NCBI GenBank assembly: GCA_945878635.1
Contig: CAMCTV010000001.1
Span: forward strand, 11,123 to 75,122
Direction: 5' to 3'
DNA from: Chryseobacterium gleum
GTDB taxonomy: Bacteria; Bacteroidota; Bacteroidia; Flavobacteriales_D; Sanyastnellaceae
DNA: 64,000 nucleotides
The translations under genes and the position numbers were made by a program. Position 1 is the first letter of the stretch, and the number at the start of each line of letters is the position of its first letter. Below, one piece after another: positions 62,044-64,000 of this stretch. The notes beneath the pieces were generated by a model. That model did not search any database, had not been told where the DNA came from, and saw only the letters and a program-made list of their open reading frames with translations.

Positions 62044-63687
62044 TTGAATACCATTATCCTATTATCGCTATCCTTGCTGACCATTGTGATGTGGAAAATG
62101 CAGCGTTGCATTTGGCATAAGAGTCCCAACATCGTCTTCCCCATTTTTATAGGCATCTTCTATTATTGGTCATTGGCAGGAGCTTGGTTTTTTGTCTTTG
62201 ATCAAACCACGCAGCTTGGAGAAAAAATAGGAATACATTATCATTACTTGCTGGAAAAGATGTTCATGGTACAACTGGACATAGACTATTTGATGAGTAT
62301 TTGGATTATTGGAGGATTCATTATCATGCTTCAAGCTGTTTTGCTTTTTCTCATCCCTCAGCATTCAAACGGAAAAGAAAATTCCCAAAACTCCATAACA
62401 AAAAATGAAAATTTCTATTCATTCATCGCAATACTCTTTCTGACCATATCCATCCTCATTGTCGATGATGTCATCGCTTATTCTTTGATTTTGAATGAAT
62501 CTGTTTACCTCAACATTCGATCACCGCATGTTCCCTACTACTCTCTTCATCAACTGGCATGCTGGATAATGATGGTTAGCTTGACAATCCCTCTGGCAAT
62601 GGGTTTGAGAAATAAAATTAAAAACAATCAACATTTCTCACTTTCCATTTTCTATTGGATTGTATTTGGCCTAGGACAATTTTATCTGATTTTTATTGGA
62701 TCTCGGCATGAGGCATTTCTGTGCGGATTAACCACCATCTTATTTATATCATACCCGCATCAAAAAATAGTAAGCCAATGGCGCACCTATGGTTGTGTTT
62801 TGGCTATTTGGATGGTTATCCTTTTCCTGAATGATCCTTTCAGAAGTCTCTCACCAGTTGTAGGAAAATCTTTGGGATTAACGGCCGCTGTCAGTTCATT
62901 CCAAAATGTGAGAGACGCATCCATTTTCAGCGAGGAAAGAACGTTCATTGGACATCACAATTCACAGTTGAGTGAAGACATAATCCAGCGAAAAAATGCC
63001 AGAGACACCACATTTGTCGTCAATCAAGATACCCTCACCATCAATGTTAAAGATTTTGAACAACAACGTAAAGTTGATCAAGAGTACATTGTTTATGAAG
63101 GAAAAAAGTACAAGGTCCCTAATCCACATATTTCAAAAGCTTACCAGCACAGCAGCGCAAGTGAAAAAATTTTCAGAGCATTCACAGGCATTCTTTTTAG
63201 CAATGAACTATTCGCTGGCCATTTTTCCATGTACGGTGTCATACATTACAGCGTGCCAATAAATTTGGGCATCAGTTTTAAAAATCTAGTTTTTTCATTT
63301 ATTCCTTCATTCATTCAAAAAGAAAGGCCGCAAGATGTATATGGTTATTATGCTGAGCAACTGAAATTGCCGAAAGACCAGGGCTTCACCATCAATCACA
63401 TTACAGCATGGTACATTAATTTTGGGTTGATTGGAATACTCATTGGTCCCGTATTCATAGGTCTAATTCTCATGAGTCCTTTACTCATTGGCTCAAAGAT
63501 TTGGAAACATTTTCCTGGCAATACAGCCATTTTCATTTTTTCCATGATTACCTGTTTTGGAGCAATGTTGATTCGTTCAGGACCGGAAGGTTTAAAATCT
63601 ATCTTATATGAAGGTGTTATCATTCCGATGGGTCTAATATGGGGTTACACTTTGATACAACAAATACGGTATAAATCACGGTCATGA
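62044..63687 (+). CDS. Polytopic membrane protein with large hydrophilic loop (possible Wzy-type polymerase)
   Basis: Many TM helices flank a hydrophilic segment of roughly 100 aa. Its position between the flippase and a glycosyltransferase supports the call, but no motif was recognised. Confidence 0.45.
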   Translation: MNTIILLSLSLLTIVMWKMQRCIWHKSPNIVFPIFIGIFYYWSLAGAWFFVFDQTTQLGEKIGIHYHYLLEKMFMVQLDIDYLMSIWIIGGFIIMLQAVLLFLIPQHSNGKENSQNSITKNENFYSFIAILFLTISILIVDDVIAYSLILNESVYLNIRSPHVPYYSLHQLACWIMMVSLTIPLAMGLRNKIKNNQHFSLSIFYWIVFGLGQFYLIFIGSRHEAFLCGLTTILFISYPHQKIVSQWRTYGCVLAIWMVILFLNDPFRSLSPVVGKSLGLTAAVSSFQNVRDASIFSEERTFIGHHNSQLSEDIIQRKNARDTTFVVNQDTLTINVKDFEQQRKVDQEYIVYEGKKYKVPNPHISKAYQHSSASEKIFRAFTGILFSNELFAGHFSMYGVIHYSVPINLGISFKNLVFSFIPSFIQKERPQDVYGYYAEQLKLPKDQGFTINHITAWYINFGLIGILIGPVFIGLILMSPLLIGSKIWKHFPGNTAIFIFSMITCFGAMLIRSGPEGLKSILYEGVIIPMGLIWGYTLIQQIRYKSRS

Positions 63688-64000
63688 AAATTCTGCACAT
63701 CATACCATATCATCCCTCGCCTTCAGCATTTGTATTTGCCAAAAGACAAGTACAGGATTTAATTCTAGAGGGACATGAATGCGAGATTTTCTTTTTCAAT
63801 ACCAAGATTTCTCCGATACTTTTTTTCAGGCAATTGATTAGCTACAAAAAGAAAATCAAAGCATTCCAACCCGATATTATTCACGCACATTACGGAACTT
63901 ATACAGCCTATTTTTCCAGTTCATTTCATAACTCTCCATTGATTATCACCTTTCAAGGAAGTGACATCAACCATACCACTGATGTGCATCCATGGCGAGA
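63684..64000 (+). CDS. Glycosyltransferase family 4, N-terminal part (runs off window)
   Basis: ATG 63684 (ATGA overlap). 'MKILHIIPYHPSPSAFVFAKRQ...PDIIHAHYG' is typical of the GT4 N-domain. Confidence 0.7.
   Translation, partial: MKILHIIPYHPSPSAFVFAKRQVQDLILEGHECEIFFFNTKISPILFFRQLISYKKKIKAFQPDIIHAHYGTYTAYFSSSFHNSPLIITFQGSDINHTTDVHPWR

Noticed and set aside
1-64000. Mobile elements, prophage, CRISPR arrays, tRNA/rRNA genes, and toxin-antitoxin or defence islands
   Set aside because: No transposase, integrase, recombinase or phage-like ORFs were seen. There are no regularly spaced direct repeats and no tRNA-like cloverleaf candidates in the short intergenic gaps. Gene content is housekeeping throughout. 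A by-eye scan cannot exclude short repeats.

Overview
This window is a densely packed, moderately AT-rich chromosomal segment that reads as core genome of a Bacteroidota bacterium (Flavobacteriia/Cytophagia-like). Evidence for the phylum: a T9SS C-terminal sorting domain, a CarboxypepD_reg/DUF5686-type outer-membrane protein, several OmpA-family proteins, recurrent TAnnTTTG boxes upstream of genes, and no obvious Shine-Dalgarno usage. I call about 67 protein-coding genes. They include dnaG, a DedA/transsulfuration-enzyme/kynurenine 3-monooxygenase string, and a 17-gene minus-strand block. That block runs sppA, trmH, ctaB/cyoE, two cox3-family genes, coxIV, two SCO paralogs, DUF420, OmpA, TolC, a MacA-like adaptor, tsaB and methylmalonyl-CoA epimerase. 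The rest includes folK, dNK, tadA, bifunctional FTCD, mgtE, hemJ, hemE, holA, the thrS-infC-rpmI-rplT operon, fabG, aroE, and the start of a polysaccharide locus (Wzx, Wzy-like, GT4). I found no rRNA, tRNA, CRISPR array, transposase, integrase or prophage signature. The largest non-coding gap is 226 nt (27292-27517). I do not see a canonical defence or mobile island. The items most worth a second look are listed here. (1) A DnaG whose zinc-binding domain has lost all four CHC2 ligands. (2) The cytochrome-oxidase accessory cluster: a ~110-aa insert with a 10-His core in a Cox3 subunit, a tandem SCO pair in which one copy lacks CxxxC, and a tiny CxxC membrane protein. (3) A ComA-family phosphosulfolactate synthase directly followed by a rhodanese. 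(4) An HTH protein with a histone-H1-like K/A/P tail behind the largest intergenic gap. (5) An NHLRC2-like Trx/NHL protein without redox cysteines. All functional calls come from motif recognition by eye, since no searches could be run.
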